Shown piece by piece: positions 51,519 to 64,000 of a stretch of 64,000 bases of DNA (positions are counted from its first letter, which is position 1; every line of letters starts with the position of its first letter). Origin of the DNA: Octopus sinensis (taxonomy: Eukaryota); assembly GCF_006345805.1 (NCBI RefSeq), contig NC_043009.1:68324001-68388000 (forward strand), read 5' to 3'. The translations under genes were made by a program, and so were the position numbers. Below the pieces are notes generated by a model. The model saw nothing but the letters and a program-made list of their open reading frames with translations. It ran no database searches and had not been told where the DNA came from.

Positions 51519-54482
51519 CACTGTCCAAATTTCAAGCATCGTGATATAGAATCCGGAAAATAGATGCGAACAGAATTTCCTAATTACACGGCCGTACCTG
51601 CACAGACATTCTCATTTCATCTTCCATTCATTCACGTCAACTTTCGTCCAACAGCTCTTACATATTCTTCTTCTTCACAGCATTATAACAGTTAAATATT
51701 CTTATATGAATACTCGCGAACATCTTCAGATTTGTATCTAGATTATAATTAATTTAGAATGAGTAAAATTCATTGTATTGCAGCTTTTATTGTAATTATT
51801 GCAACTGGTTAATCTTCTTTCATATTCCCTGTCTCTTGAAGGCTTTCTTCTCAGCTGTGCACACCAATGAAGCCAAGGTTTTATAATTGTATGCGACCTA
51901 AGGCCATTCTTTCAGAAACATCGGGCTGTTTTATTCGCAACTGATTATATAAATTTATCGAATAATAAAATATGGACAGAGAATACTAAATAGCCACAAT
52001 GTCGCAGATAGATTGACAGCATCAAGGGCTAATTACATACAGAAGTGATGAGGAAATAAAACAATACACAGCCGTATTGTTGTGCGTCATAAGAGCAGCT
52101 GAAAGTAACTGAAGGTGTCAAGTAAACCAGAAAAGTGAAATATCTATAAAAGGAATACGTAAAGAAAACACGATTGCTGGGTTGTGATTATATCTAGAAT
52201 ACATTTTATATTCATGCTTTTATCTTTATAACATATGTATGATATACTGTTTACATATATTTGGTTATCTATAACATTGGTCAACAACAAAATGATTGTC
52301 TAAATTTCTTTAGCAGATTTAGGACAATTCTGATGTGCTAAATCTCAAAATCACATTCGTTTGGCTGAGTTAGGTCAGCTTTTTGAACTATGGCCACATA
52401 TTCTTTTACATTTTTGTTTTCACGTACGGATATTTTTGCTTTGTGTGATGCAAAATTATTTTTTATTTCTTGAAATAAACGAACTCAGAAGAGTTTGCAT
52501 GCACTTATTTATGACTAATTGGTATTTCTATTTCACAGGTGTATGAAATGGCTTCGATCAAAAGATCTTGTAAATGTAAGTCCAACGCTACATCTGCGGT
52601 GAATACACCATTGTCCCTAACAGGAATCCAGTCGCAAGTTTCATAAAACGTGCTTACCAGGTTTATTTTGCTATTAAACTTGGTGCCCAAGATAAAACTT
52701 GGGTGCCACACATGGTATGCAAAGCATACACCGAGAATCTGCATCAGTGGACCAAGGGCAAGAAGAGTTGTCTGAAGTTTGGGATTCCCATGGCTTGGAG
52801 GGAGCCGACAAACCATGCCACTAACTGCTATTTCTGCGCTATTGATATGACTGAGATCAACAGAAGGAACCGGATCATCCTGATCTTCAATCAGCACGTC
52901 GTCCTGTAGCTCACTGTGATGAAATTCCAGTACCTGACTTCTACCGCAACAGGCTTCAAGAGTACCTCTGCTTTTCTCTGAAGAGAATATATGTAAACAG
53001 TATATCATACATGTGTTATAAAGATAAAACATGAGAATAAAATGTATTCTAGATATAATCACAACTCAGCAATCGTGTTTTCTTTACGTATTCCTTTTAT
53101 AGATATTTCACTTATCTGGTTTACTTGACACCTTCAGTTACCTTCAGCTGCTCTTACTACGCACAACAACACGGCTGTGTATTGGTGTTCTGTACAGATA
53201 TTGCTCATCTTATGCACTAGCTTGGAGTACCACAGTACGAACCCAAAGATTGGAGACTATTCATTGACAGCGGCAAGCGATCGCTGAAATGGGTTCTGCT
53301 GCACAACGGCAACCAGTTTGCCTCTGTAGCCCTCGCTCTCTCGAATACACTGAAAGAGAAGAATGAAGCGGTGAAGTATGTGCTGGAGAAAATTTGTTAT
53401 GATCAGCATCAGTGGTTTAGATATGTTGACTGAAGATGGTGAATTTTTTGGTTAGGACAACAGTCTGGGTTCACCAAGTACCCTTTGCACGTGGGATAGT
53501 AGGGTCACTGCTCAGCATTACCAGAAGAAGGACTGGCCTTTGAGGGAGGAATTGGTGGACAGTGACAGACTACTCTTCCCACCACTGCACATCAAGCTTG
53601 GCTTGATCAACCAATTCACTAAAGCTCTGGACGAATATGATGGCTGCTTCACTTACTTTTGCCAGACTTTTTCAGGATTGACCATTGAGAAGTTGAAAGC
53701 TGACATTTTTGACGGTCCTCAAATCCGTCTGCTCATCAGAGAGCCTGAGTTTGAAAACTCAATGAACGAAGTGGAACTGGAAGCGTGGAAGGCTTTTGTT
53801 CTGGTCGTGAAGAACTTTGTTGGTAACAACGAGGCGAGGAACTACGCAGGACATGTCACTAATAAGCTGACTGCTTTCAAAATTTCGGATGCAACATTAG
53901 CATTAAAATGCATTACTTATTCTCACATATGGATTGGTTTCTTGAGAATCTGTGATCAATGAGCGACGAGCAGGGGGGAGAGATTCCTTGAAAGAGATGT
54001 AGACCTGGTATCAAGGATGCTGTGATGCAGTTATGATGGCAAACTACTGCTGGACTCTGAAGAGAGACATTCCTGCCGCTCAGTATTCTAGAGGTTCGAA
54101 TAAACGTAAGTCCAATCCCTGAATTTTGAACAATGATGACATAACATTTATTTTACATGTGCTTATCTTTATCGGTATCAACTGTTCAATTTACAGTAAT
54201 CGAGGTTTGTAACGTTTAACTGTCAAATTGTGTTAGAAAACAATTTTTTTTATCTTAAAAAACAATTTCGGACGAGAAATATTAACAAAAATCCACCGAT
54301 AATGTCAGAAAAGTGTAACCAATTTAGTCAGAAGATCGGATTTTAAAAAAAATCAAGTTAGCATAGAAACCTGACCTGATCGAGAGAATGAGATGCCATT
54401 TTCGGATTCAGTGATGCAAAATTGTTCTAAACCAGTTGAAAAACCTAAAACAATTTACAAATTTTCTTTTTGTTATCCAGTG
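51519..54482 (+). mobile_element. Decayed Chapaev3 (CMC) DNA transposon; left end uncertain
   Basis: Transposase remnants 52548-54122 include WVPHMVC..WREPTNH..CYFC, DWRLFIDS.KRSLK..LLHNGN, PPLHIKLGL, FDGPQIR and SDEQGERF. The right end TTTTGTTATCCAGTG is followed by TAA (TWA target). A degenerate subterminal inverted match lies at about 51525-51560. Confidence 0.85.
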
Positions 54483-54504
54483 TAATATATCTTATAATAT
54501 ATTA

Positions 54505-54667
54505 TATGTTTGAGGCCCTGGGATACGTAACACGCTGCTTAAATACCAATCTTGAGAAATTAGGCTTCGCAAAACCAGAAAGGGGAAAGCTAATTCGAAA
54601 ACTACAAATTCAATTTATCACCAGAGCTATAAAAATCTCTAAAACTTTCCAGAAGTTTATCATTTAG
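54505..54667 (+). mobile_element. C-terminal fragment of an R4/Dong-like RLE retrotransposon ORF
   Basis: ALGYVTRCLNTNLEKLGF..LIRKLQIQFIT..KISKTFQKF-stop continues the GALG motif seen in the 28520-28912 family. Confidence 0.65.
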
Positions 54668-54735
54668 ATATATATGAGCATGTCTAGATATGCTACAATA
54701 TGCATGAGAATAAATACGTAAAACAAACAAATCTG

Positions 54736-55963
54736 CACATACATACATACATACATACATACATACATACATACATACATACATACATACATACATACAT
54801 ACATTCATACATACATACATACATACATACATACATACATACATACATACATACATTCATACATACATACATACATACATACATTCATACATACATATAT
54901 ACCTACATACTTACATACATACATACATACATACATACGTAAATACATACATACATACATACTTACATAAATACATACATACATACATACATACGTAAAT
55001 ACATACATACATACTTACATAAATACATACATACATACATACATACATACATACATACATACATACATACATACGTAAATACATACATACATACTAACAT
55101 AAATACATACATACATACATACATAAATACATACATACATACATACATACATACATACGTAAATACATACATACATACATACATACATACATACATACAT
55201 ACATACATACATACATACATACATACATACATACATACATACATACGTAAATACATACATACATACTAACGTAAATACATACATACATACATACTTACAT
55301 AAATACATACATACATACATACATACGTAAATACATACATACATACTTACATAAATACATAAATACATACATACATACATACATACAGACATACATACAT
55401 ACATACCTACATACATACATACATACATACATGCATACATACATAAATACATACATACATACATACATAAATACATACATACGTAAATACATACTTACAT
55501 AAATACATACATACATACATACATACATACATACATACGTAAATACATACATACATACTTACATAAATACATACATACATACATACATACATACATACAT
55601 ACATACATACATACATACATACATACGTAAATACATACATACATATTAACATAAATACATACATACATACATACATAAATACATACATACATACATACAT
55701 ACATACATACATACCTACATACATACATACATACATACATGCATACATACATAAATACATACATACATACATACATACATAAATACATACATACGTAAAT
55801 ACATACTTACATAAATACATACATACATACATACATACATACATACGTAAATACATACATACATACTTACATAAATAAATACATACATACATACATACAT
55901 ACATACATACATACATAATACATACATACATACATACATACATACATACATGCATACATACAT
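54736..55963. repeat. ~1.2-kb (TACA)n array with ~308-bp higher-order duplication
   Basis: Variant marks CCTAC (55406/55714) and ATGC (55431/55739) recur 308 bp apart. Confidence 0.95.
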
Positions 55964-56715
55964 ACGAAAATGTCCTGTTGTTGATGTCGAAATTCCAATG
56001 AAGGAGCCTTGAATTTAGGTTAGAAACCGGTTCTTTCTCTATTTGCAAGAAACATTGAAATAGAACTGAACAATGGCATACATACACTCTCGTTGGTTTT
56101 GTAATTTTTAATGGCTTACAGAAGAAACTTTGTAGACGATGAAATATTTAAAAATGAAACATATGCGTGTGTGAGTGTGCTCGCGTATGTTTGTTTCTGT
56201 ATGTGTGTGTGTGCGTGTGTGTGCGTGCATGCGTGCGTATATGTATAGCCAATGATACGTTTATAGAATTACAAATTTAAAAGTAAAAGAGCATCTGAGT
56301 CTTGGATATATTATCCCGAAACATTCCAATAATCTCATCCCGGACAGACACAGGGGGCGCTCACTACAGTCGCTCTAGTGTTCTGTAACTTTTGTGAACT
56401 TAAATTCTACTAAACCACAACGATCCCTGCTTGTAGCAGATCGGCTGAGAAATGCCTCACCGCAACTCCTTGCTATTTATCCAAAGTGCTTCTCCACCTC
56501 CAAGCCTCTGTGACACATCTGATTAGTAAACAGGTCCCTTCTATATTTAACTATCGTTTCATTCGTTTCATCCTGCTCTATCAAAGACAGCTATTCTGGT
56601 GACTGAAAACCTCCCTCGTATGCATGTCCCTCATCCGCTGCCCCTTTTGTATCAAACCCCACAAAGCTAAATCCCAAACGAGCCACCAGGCTCACCTCTA
56701 TACAGAAGAGTTTTC

Positions 56716-56948
56716 GGCGTCGAGCTGGCAGAAACGTTAGCACGCCGGGCGAAATGCGTAGCCGTATTTCGTCTGGCGTTACGTTCTGAGTTCAAATTCC
56801 GCCGAGGTCGACTTTGCCTTTCATCCTTTCGGGGTCGATAAATTAAGTACCTGTTACGCACTGGGGTCAATACAATCGACTTAATCCGTTTGTCTGTCCT
56901 TGTTTGTCCTCTCTGTGTTAGGCCCCTTGTGGCTAGTAAAGAAATGGG
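56716..56948 (+). mobile_element. SINE family B, well preserved
   Basis: Near-identical to 11713-11945 and 37535-37680. Confidence 0.92.
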
Positions 56949-57064
56949 TTTGTTTCAGATTTATCTAATGTCCTTTGTCCTTTCCGACACGCTCTGTCAT
57001 TGCGTTCTGTCGTTGTGACTCAGAGCCAGACACTTCAATGCTCTCTATCTTTCTCTCTCTCTCT

Positions 57065-57099
<35 letters not shown>

Positions 57100-58275
57100 T
57101 CGTTCTTTGGAATAGGCTGATTTCCCCCTCTCATGTACTACCACACACACTCTTTCTCTCTCTCTCGCTTTTCCTCCACTCTCGTCATTCTGCACAAACC
57201 AACCTCTCTCCCAAGAAACTCGTTCTCAGGATTTCTTTCCCTACACATATCTTTATTGCAACTGTCAAGATGCAAATGTTCAAGAGAAAAGTCAGCTACT
57301 TCGAACTACACCGCACTCCAAGAGCCTGCCGTTACCATAGACACATCACCTTCCGCTACACCAAATCAAATGCAAAAAGTATGAAAACAGTCGTGCTTCT
57401 CTCTGGATCTTATAACACCCAAACATGTCCAGTATTTTTTCCTAAAATCGCCAACAAAATAAAAAGAGAAAGTTCTCGTTTATTATTGTTTGATTTTTCT
57501 TTCTCACCGCAAAATTCTCACTTCTTAGATTTTCAAGGTTCTACCCATTAAGAATGCAAACTCTAACTTTAAAAAATGGCCTTTTATGCCAAATATAAGA
57601 AAAGCAACTTGAGTTTCTAACATAACACAAAGAAGGCACATTATAATATTCTATAAGAAAGTTACACTAGAGTGTTTTTATTGTACTATCAGATATTCAA
57701 ATGATCCCAGACATGGTTCTTCTCCAAATCTCTATCGAGCAATGAGATCTGTTAATATTCTCAAATGCAAAATGACCATCTGGAGACATTACCATATTAA
57801 TGAACGCCATTAAAATTCGTTAATGGCCATTGCTGTTCACATCGCTGTTGTTTCCTTTTGCCTTTCTGCTCTTTATAGATAAATTATTCATGTATTTTTG
57901 TGTTCTTCACCAGGGCTTTTGTTTTACCCTTCGTTTATTAGACTGCTTTGTGGATTTCTTTTATCCATTTTCTCTATTGTCTGAGATAGAAAGATAATAA
58001 AAAGATAATTAATGACAATGTATTAAATTAAGCATAACACATTAAAATAATAAGAAGGATTTAAATGGCTGCTTGTGGCAGCCTGCGTATTTTAGCAGCT
58101 TGCAACTTACGCCCCAGAACATGGATACGTAATAAGCTATATAGGTTTACTGATGAGACATTTGATCTAACGCCCTTGCCTTTGTTGTCTCTATAGCAAC
58201 ATCACAGATGAGGCAATCAACATGATCGATGAAATACAGCGCTAGAATATCTGCATTCAAGATATAACTGAGATG

Positions 58276-58506
58276 CAGTTCTATATTTAAGAGATGAGGA
58301 TTTATGTACATTATTTACATTTGACAGATATTTGTCCTCCTCTTTGTTGTTAACACAACGTTTCGGCTGATATACCCTCCAGCCTTCATCAGGTGTCTTG
58401 GGGAAATTTCGAACCTGGGTTCTCGCCCCCAAGGTATTTTTCGATGTTCTTCGTCTTCTTCTTCTTCTTCTTCTTCTTCTTCTTCTCATTATTATTATTA
58501 TTATTA

Positions 58507-58547
<41 letters not shown>

Positions 58548-58560
58548 TCACTACCTGGGA
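58276..58560 (-). mobile_element. SINE family D body and tail with intact hammerhead; head truncated
   Basis: The minus strand reads TCCCAGGTAGTGACCTGA(ATA)n(AGA)n..CATCGAAAAATACC..GACACCTGATGAAGGCTG..; homologous to 12361-12570. Confidence 0.88.
58352..58397 (-). ncRNA. Minimal type-I hammerhead ribozyme with complete catalytic core (PLE-type, predicted dimer)
   Basis: GACAC-CUGAUGA-A-GGCUG(GAGGGUAUAU)CAGCC-GAAAC-GU-U-GUGUU: stem I 5 bp, stem II 5 bp, palindromic AACGUU in place of stem III. Confidence 0.75.
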
Positions 58561-58630
58561 CATATGGCTTAGTGGTTAAGAGCGCGGAATACTCACCCCA
58601 AGATACCGAGTTCGATTTCAAGCAGTGACA

Positions 58631-58632
<2 letters not shown>
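58561..58632 (+). mobile_element. SINE family D tRNA-like head, head-to-head with the minus copy
   Basis: CATATGGCTTAGTGGTTAAGAGCGCG..GAGTTCGATTTC..AGTGACATGA(ATA)n. Confidence 0.85.
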
Positions 58633-58685
<53 letters not shown>

Positions 58686-58686
<1 letters not shown>

Positions 58687-59243
58687 GAATGCCCTGATGC
58701 AGTATCAGGCAGTGGCTCTCTGGCTTCTGATCTTAACTGATTGGAAGTGTTATCATGTACATTGTTTTGTCTTGGTATAAAAGATGGGCTACAGCAAATG
58801 TTCTGCTAAATACCACAGATTTGCTTGTCAGTTGTTTGACCTTAACCAGTTGAGCATGTCCCGTAGTGGCTGATGATATGTGCATCTCTGATCACGAGCA
58901 GAAGTAGTGGGGGAGCATCATAGCCATGTGTTGAGAGGGATTCTTTGAGGTTTGAATAATTCACCTCTGGAAACATGGGTGTTTCGTTCAACATCTTTAA
59001 ACAACCCTTACTCAGGGAACTTTGGAGCGGGATGGGCTACTCGACCTGAAGAAAATTCTAACTGGGCCCCACTTGCAAGGTCATGTGCTGTTTATCTTGA
59101 TATGAGATCACCATTTCGCACACATATGGTTGTGATGCATGTGCCTAGTGTACTCTTATCAGACGGGTAGTCATGATGGGTATACTGGGCTTCGTATATT
59201 TTACCCCAGTGTCACTTTGATGGCATGCACTGCTCTCTCACCC
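58686..59243. mobile_element. ~560-bp unclassified insert bounded by (AAT)n on both sides
   Basis: Complex, more GC-rich segment with sharp (AAT)n boundaries; no convincing ORF. Confidence 0.5.
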
Positions 59244-59287
<44 letters not shown>

Positions 59288-59384
59288 TAACACCAACACG
59301 AACTTCCAACTTGTCTCTTGAGGTCTCCGGTACCTGACTTCTACCGCAACACGCCTCAAGAGTACCTCTGCATGTTCTTTTGTA

Positions 59385-59850
59385 TGAGTGTGTGCGTGCG
59401 CGTGTATGTGTATCTATGTGCGTGTGTGTGCATGCACACGTGTGTGTATATGTGTGTGTATGTGTGTATGTGTGTGTGCGTGTGTGTGTGTGTATTTTTG
59501 TATGTATGTGTGTGTGCGTGTGCGTGTGTGTGTATGTGTATGTATGTGTGTTTGTGTGAGTATGTATATGTACGTATGTATATGTCTACGTGCGTGCGCG
59601 CGTGTGTGTTTTGTATGTATGTATAAGTGTGTATGTGTGTGTGCATGCGCGCGTGTGAGTGTACGTGTGTATATATGTATGTGTATGTGTGCGTGCGCGT
59701 GTACGTGTATGTATGAGCATGCATGTGTATACCTGTGTGTGCGTGCGCGAGCGTGTGTGCATGTGTGTATGTCTATGTATGAGTGTCTATGTGTGTGTGC
59801 GTGCGTACACGTATGTGTGCACATTTGTATGTGTGTGTGTGTGTGTGTGT
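59385..59850. repeat. Degenerate (TG)n/(TATG)n tract
   Basis: Low-complexity purine-pyrimidine alternation. Confidence 0.95.
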
Positions 59851-62021
59851 ACACGGTTAAGAAATAGAAGCGCCCATTCCAAACAAGCGGGTGCATATAT
59901 ATTATATTGTTGACTGAAAGTAATAAATAAAAAAATAAATGTTAAAATAAAAAAAAACAATTATTGAGTGAGAATAAATTTATGTGCGTGTGTTCGCGCG
60001 TGCGGTTTATATGTATGTGTGTTTGCGTATGTATGTATGTATGTTCTTGAGTGTGTGAGAGTAGAAATAAGGTGATACGACAATGAAATGGTGGCAACCC
60101 TTCCTGAATGATCTGCGGTTTCTGTAATTAATCTCGAAACATTAATACCACCTCATTTACAAGAAGTCTGTTAATTATCTCGACGAACAATGTCAACAAG
60201 ATCCGACGATAGGAAATCTCTTTCATTTTGTGGCCAGTTCCTCAGAAATGCAAATATTTTGCTTTAACAATAAAAGCAGGATAAAGAGATAATGATGCTA
60301 AGACAGATTATTCCTCAATTAGAAACGGACATTGGACAATCTGATTAATTGAGTTTATTGTCAGAAGTGACAACAATCATCATTAGTTGGATTCGAACTA
60401 AGAAGCCATGGTTGTATATTCTTTTATTCGCCTCTACTAAGATTAATAATTGTGGAGGCGGTGTGCTGATGGGTCAAAGTGCTTGGTGGCATCTTCCCCA
60501 ATCATTATGTTCTAAGTCCCGCCGGGGTCAGTTTTGCCTTTGGGCAAGTACTAGGCCCACTGTAATTGACCACTCCTTCTTCTCAAAACGTCTGGCCTTG
60601 AGCCAAAATTAGAAAAATATTATTAATTGTGAGTAACGCAGTGTCAGCACGAGGCAGTGTTTCAATATAAACAGAATTAGGAAAATAGAAATTCGTTTGT
60701 CACATATTTCCACTGCTAAAAGACAAATACACAGAAGTTACACTGAATTATACTTAAAGATACGGCTTTATTAAGTTCGTTCAGAGTTGTCCCTCTGACA
60801 AGAGTCGAAAGACTCAAAACATCGATGTCTGGCATTCCTAATAGATGGCGACACTGAACGAACCGGGTGTTTTCACACCTTTTTGCCATAAGAGAGATTT
60901 TTTTCTCCACGGTAACTTCACTGTATTTGCCTTCTTGTTATTCTGTCATTGTTGCTTAGTTCCCTTCTCAACTCTGGTCGATCAACCCTACAGCCAAAGG
61001 ACTAAAAAAAGATACTACGCTGACTTTTTAGGGGTATGAAAAACTATTTTTATCAAAAGAATGCTTTGCTTCTTCAGACTCTGTACTGTGCTTTCATTGA
61101 CATGTGGCTGCTATTTTTAACAAGGCCAATGACTACGTAAAGACTCGTTCGTTGAATCGTTATAGGCATGTGTAATAAAACAATAATGTAATCCATTTCA
61201 AATGAAGATCATGTCACAGTTCCGACTCACAATTCGAACCCTAATCCCTCTTTATGCAAACTAACAAGAAACAGCGCATACCTATCAATACTCGTCCACA
61301 GCAATCACTCAGGTGTTACCTTAGTGAAGGACGTCGTCTGCTTTTTACTTACCTCCTTTTGTAATTCGCATTTAGTTGCGTTTCACCATTTCTCTGCATT
61401 CAAATCAAATAGTAACAGATGTTATTTAATACTAATCTCCAGTAACTACCAAAGCATTGCTTTAGTTACGTCCTTATTTTAAATACACAGCAGCATTTCT
61501 CATTATTCAAATCACTCAAATAAGGATTCTTTTCATCATTAATCCACAATAATATCTAAAGAATTTAGATGTGTCTCTTTATAACGTAGATCAAAACTAG
61601 GTCGAGTTGATTTGTTTTTTCCTATCATGTACACAAAATAAGTGACACTCAATTACTGGTGTTTTACAATCAAAGTAGCCTTGTCGAAAATATCGATACA
61701 TTGTGCCTGTGCAAAAAGTAAATATTCTTATGAGAAGAATGCACTGGAAAAGACGTCGGAAGAGAATCAGGCAATATTCCTTGTGATAATAATGTCATTT
61801 TATCTTCTCACTGTGAATCAAACCACTGAAATACAGTTGTAGCCAAAGTAATTCACTTGAAATATATGTCGCTTTGACCCGATGTCATCAGTAATTAGTC
61901 ACCTTTTAAATAATGAGATTACATCCAACAGAAGTAGATTTTAGTCGGAAATGAGAGGTTGGCTCTCCTTTGTCAGATTGTTATATTCAAATAGTGTTAT
62001 AATGGACGTGATTAAAGAGTC

Positions 62022-62076
<55 letters not shown>

Positions 62077-62077
<1 letters not shown>

Positions 62078-62513
62078 GATAATGTGTCGGCATTATAAAA
62101 TCAAAACTTCTGACAAATGGTACAAGCACCACCCTGAGGCTGTATCTGAGGGAGAAAATGTAACTATTCTTTGGGATTTCCCAGTATGTACAGATCGAAC
62201 AATCAAGACAAATAAACTAGATATTGTTATGAAAGACCAAAACAATAAAATATGTTTATTGATTGACACGAGCAAACCCTGGGACCATAGTATCTCGGCA
62301 AAAGAATTTGATAAGCTCAGAAAATATAAAGATTTGCTAATCACTATCGAAAACATATGGTATCTGAAGATGATTGCAGGAGCACTTGGAATGATCAAAC
62401 CAGGAAGTGAAAATTATTTAAGAGTGATCCATGGCTTACCATCCTTGCAGGAAGTGCAAAAGAATGTCTTAACTGTTACGTCACACGTATTGAGAAGTGC
62501 ATTGTTACTGTGA
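62077..62513 (+). mobile_element. R4/Dong-clade retrotransposon RLE fragment downstream of a (TAA)n tract
   Basis: WYKHHPE..ILWDFPVCTDRTIKTNKLDIV.KD..CLLID..P.D..KEFDKLRKYKDL..GALG is the PD-(D/E)xK endonuclease C-terminus. A (TAA)n tract at 62022-62076 matches the known Dong target preference. Confidence 0.88.
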
Positions 62514-62579
62514 ATTTTCTTTCCTTCGTCGCCCTTTATTTTTACTTTTATATATTTTTTAATTTTGTTTTCTGTCTTC

Positions 62580-63130
62580 CCCTCTGTCCCAAACAATAAT
62601 ATCCGGCCTGTTGTGTTTACATTTGACAGAAGTTTTGATGGGAATATTCCACCAGTATTCCTTGAGTTGGTGTTTATGAATGTATTCCATAACAGAGAAA
62701 ATTTTAAAGTTTATTTCTTTTTTGCGGATAGCACTGTAAATTGCTTTAGCAACAACATCGTGCCGCATAGGGAGGTAGCCCCGTGACGACATTTTAGGAC
62801 AATCACGTGCATAATGTCTTCCACGGAAACATGACACTGCCTACACATGCGGTTGCACTTTGGGATTACAAGAGCGTCACTGTATCTCTTGTTCACCAGG
62901 CACTTTGTGGAAGTCTCCTGTTCCTGGACTGCAAATGCATAGCCTTCAAAGAGTGATGTAATACAGTGGTCTTGTGCCCAAGAGAGGCTGCGCTTCGTGT
63001 CAATTCTACTGTCTTTTTCAAGCTTCCGGGCAACATAGCCATGCATAGTCTTTTTGTTTTTGTATGCTGAGTGGTGTCCGTCCAGGTAAGAGAACATAGC
63101 TATTTTGGGGCTGTATAGGAGATCATCAGA
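62580..63130 (-). mobile_element. Second RLE-clade (R4/Dong- or NeSL-like) fragment: CCHC knuckle, RHD and endonuclease start; frameshifted
   Basis: EGYAFAVQEQE..CRQCHVSVEDIMHV / CPKMSSRGYLPMRHDVVAK..YWWNIPIKTSVKCKHNRPDII. Confidence 0.88.
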
Positions 63131-63472
63131 AAGAGAGTACTTCTTAGAGAGCTCACTGCTAACTCGTACAATGTTATATGTAGTTATGTATGTTTACACT
63201 TTTTATTTAAGCTGAAAAATATTCACAAATTGTTACTCAGAGTTTCACATTACTGTTCGTCGGACAGATATGATCATAGTACGACTATTATATAGAGGTA
63301 TATGTGTGTGCGCGAGTGTGTGTGCATGTGTGCGTGTGCATGTGTGTGTGTGTTTGTGTGAGCGTGCATGTGTGTGTATATGTGTGTGTGTGAGTGTAAT
63401 AATATAAGTGACACTAATTAAGAGATTCCCAAGAGTGGAGTCGTATATGCAGGATACGAGAGATTTTCGTAA

Positions 63473-63620
63473 TCTATATATATAAAACTGAGAATGTGTC
63501 TGTCTGTCTGTCTGTCTGTGAGAATCCCTAAAGCTTGAGAACTACACAACTAATTTCATTCAAATTTTACACATGCCTTACTTAGGGTCCATGTAGTGTC
63601 ATGGGCAAAAAATCTTTAAA
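63473..63620 (+). mobile_element. Helitron-type non-autonomous element 5' end
   Basis: A|TCTATATATATAAAACTGAGAATG(TGTC)n..CTTGAGAACTACACAACTAATTT..AAATTTT resembles the TC start plus GTCT microsatellite of Lep1/DINE-like elements. No 3' hairpin/CTAG was found. Confidence 0.6.
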
Positions 63621-64000
63621 TTTATGATTTGGTGATACCTTTGTTGAAAATGTGAGTTTCTCCCGATGGGAATTAATTCGACTGTATCGTTCTTTTTCCT
63701 ATATCACAAGCATTGTTGTTTTGTACGAATTGCCGTCACAAATTCATCAGATCCAGAACTATGTAGAAAGATAAAGCAGATATTTGCGGCTTCTTAGAAG
63801 AAAGGAAATAAGATTGTATGGCAAACGAAAGATGAATGAAAAAGAAAAGAAAAAGAAAATCGAAGCCACCTGAGAAACCACGAGTATTATTCTCGTGATT
63901 GGTTTACAAAAGCGCTACGTGTTACGGAAAACTCATCACTATTGACAACAGCAAAAATTTTAATGCTGGCTCAATGCACAAGCAAAAACGAGAAGAGAAA

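Noticed and set aside
57000-57551. 183-aa ORF
   Set aside because: It begins in a (CT)n tract and has no recognisable motif, so it cannot be supported without homology or RNA data.

Overview
AT-rich, repeat-saturated eukaryotic DNA. The SINE families, the (TA)n/(TACA)n/(AAT)n microsatellite load and the transposon remnants suggest a coleoid cephalopod, probably Octopus; this is inference from recalled repeat types, not a database match. No host protein-coding exon, rRNA, intact tRNA or CRISPR array can be supported, so the window is probably intergenic or intronic. Nearly all listed ORFs are translations of microsatellites or SINEs. Recognisable content: many copies of at least five tRNA-headed SINE types (here A, B, C, D, G) that swap modules; decayed DNA transposons (rosa/DD41D-like mariner, Chapaev3, Helitron 5' end, several MITE or fold-back elements); and retrotransposon fragments (RTE 3' end, four R4/Dong-like RLE fragments, gypsy integrase, probable Tx1/L1 ORF1). 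The most striking observation is SINE family D. It has a Pol III tRNA-like head, an (AAT)n linker and a tail containing a minimal type-I hammerhead ribozyme of the Penelope-like element (PLE) kind. One copy (12349-12705) carries a PLE-style 5' inverted tail fragment, and the whole unit is bounded by a 12-bp target-site duplication. This suggests a ribozyme-bearing SINE mobilised by PLE machinery. Other hammerhead-like motifs occur at 31135, 34487 and 12805.
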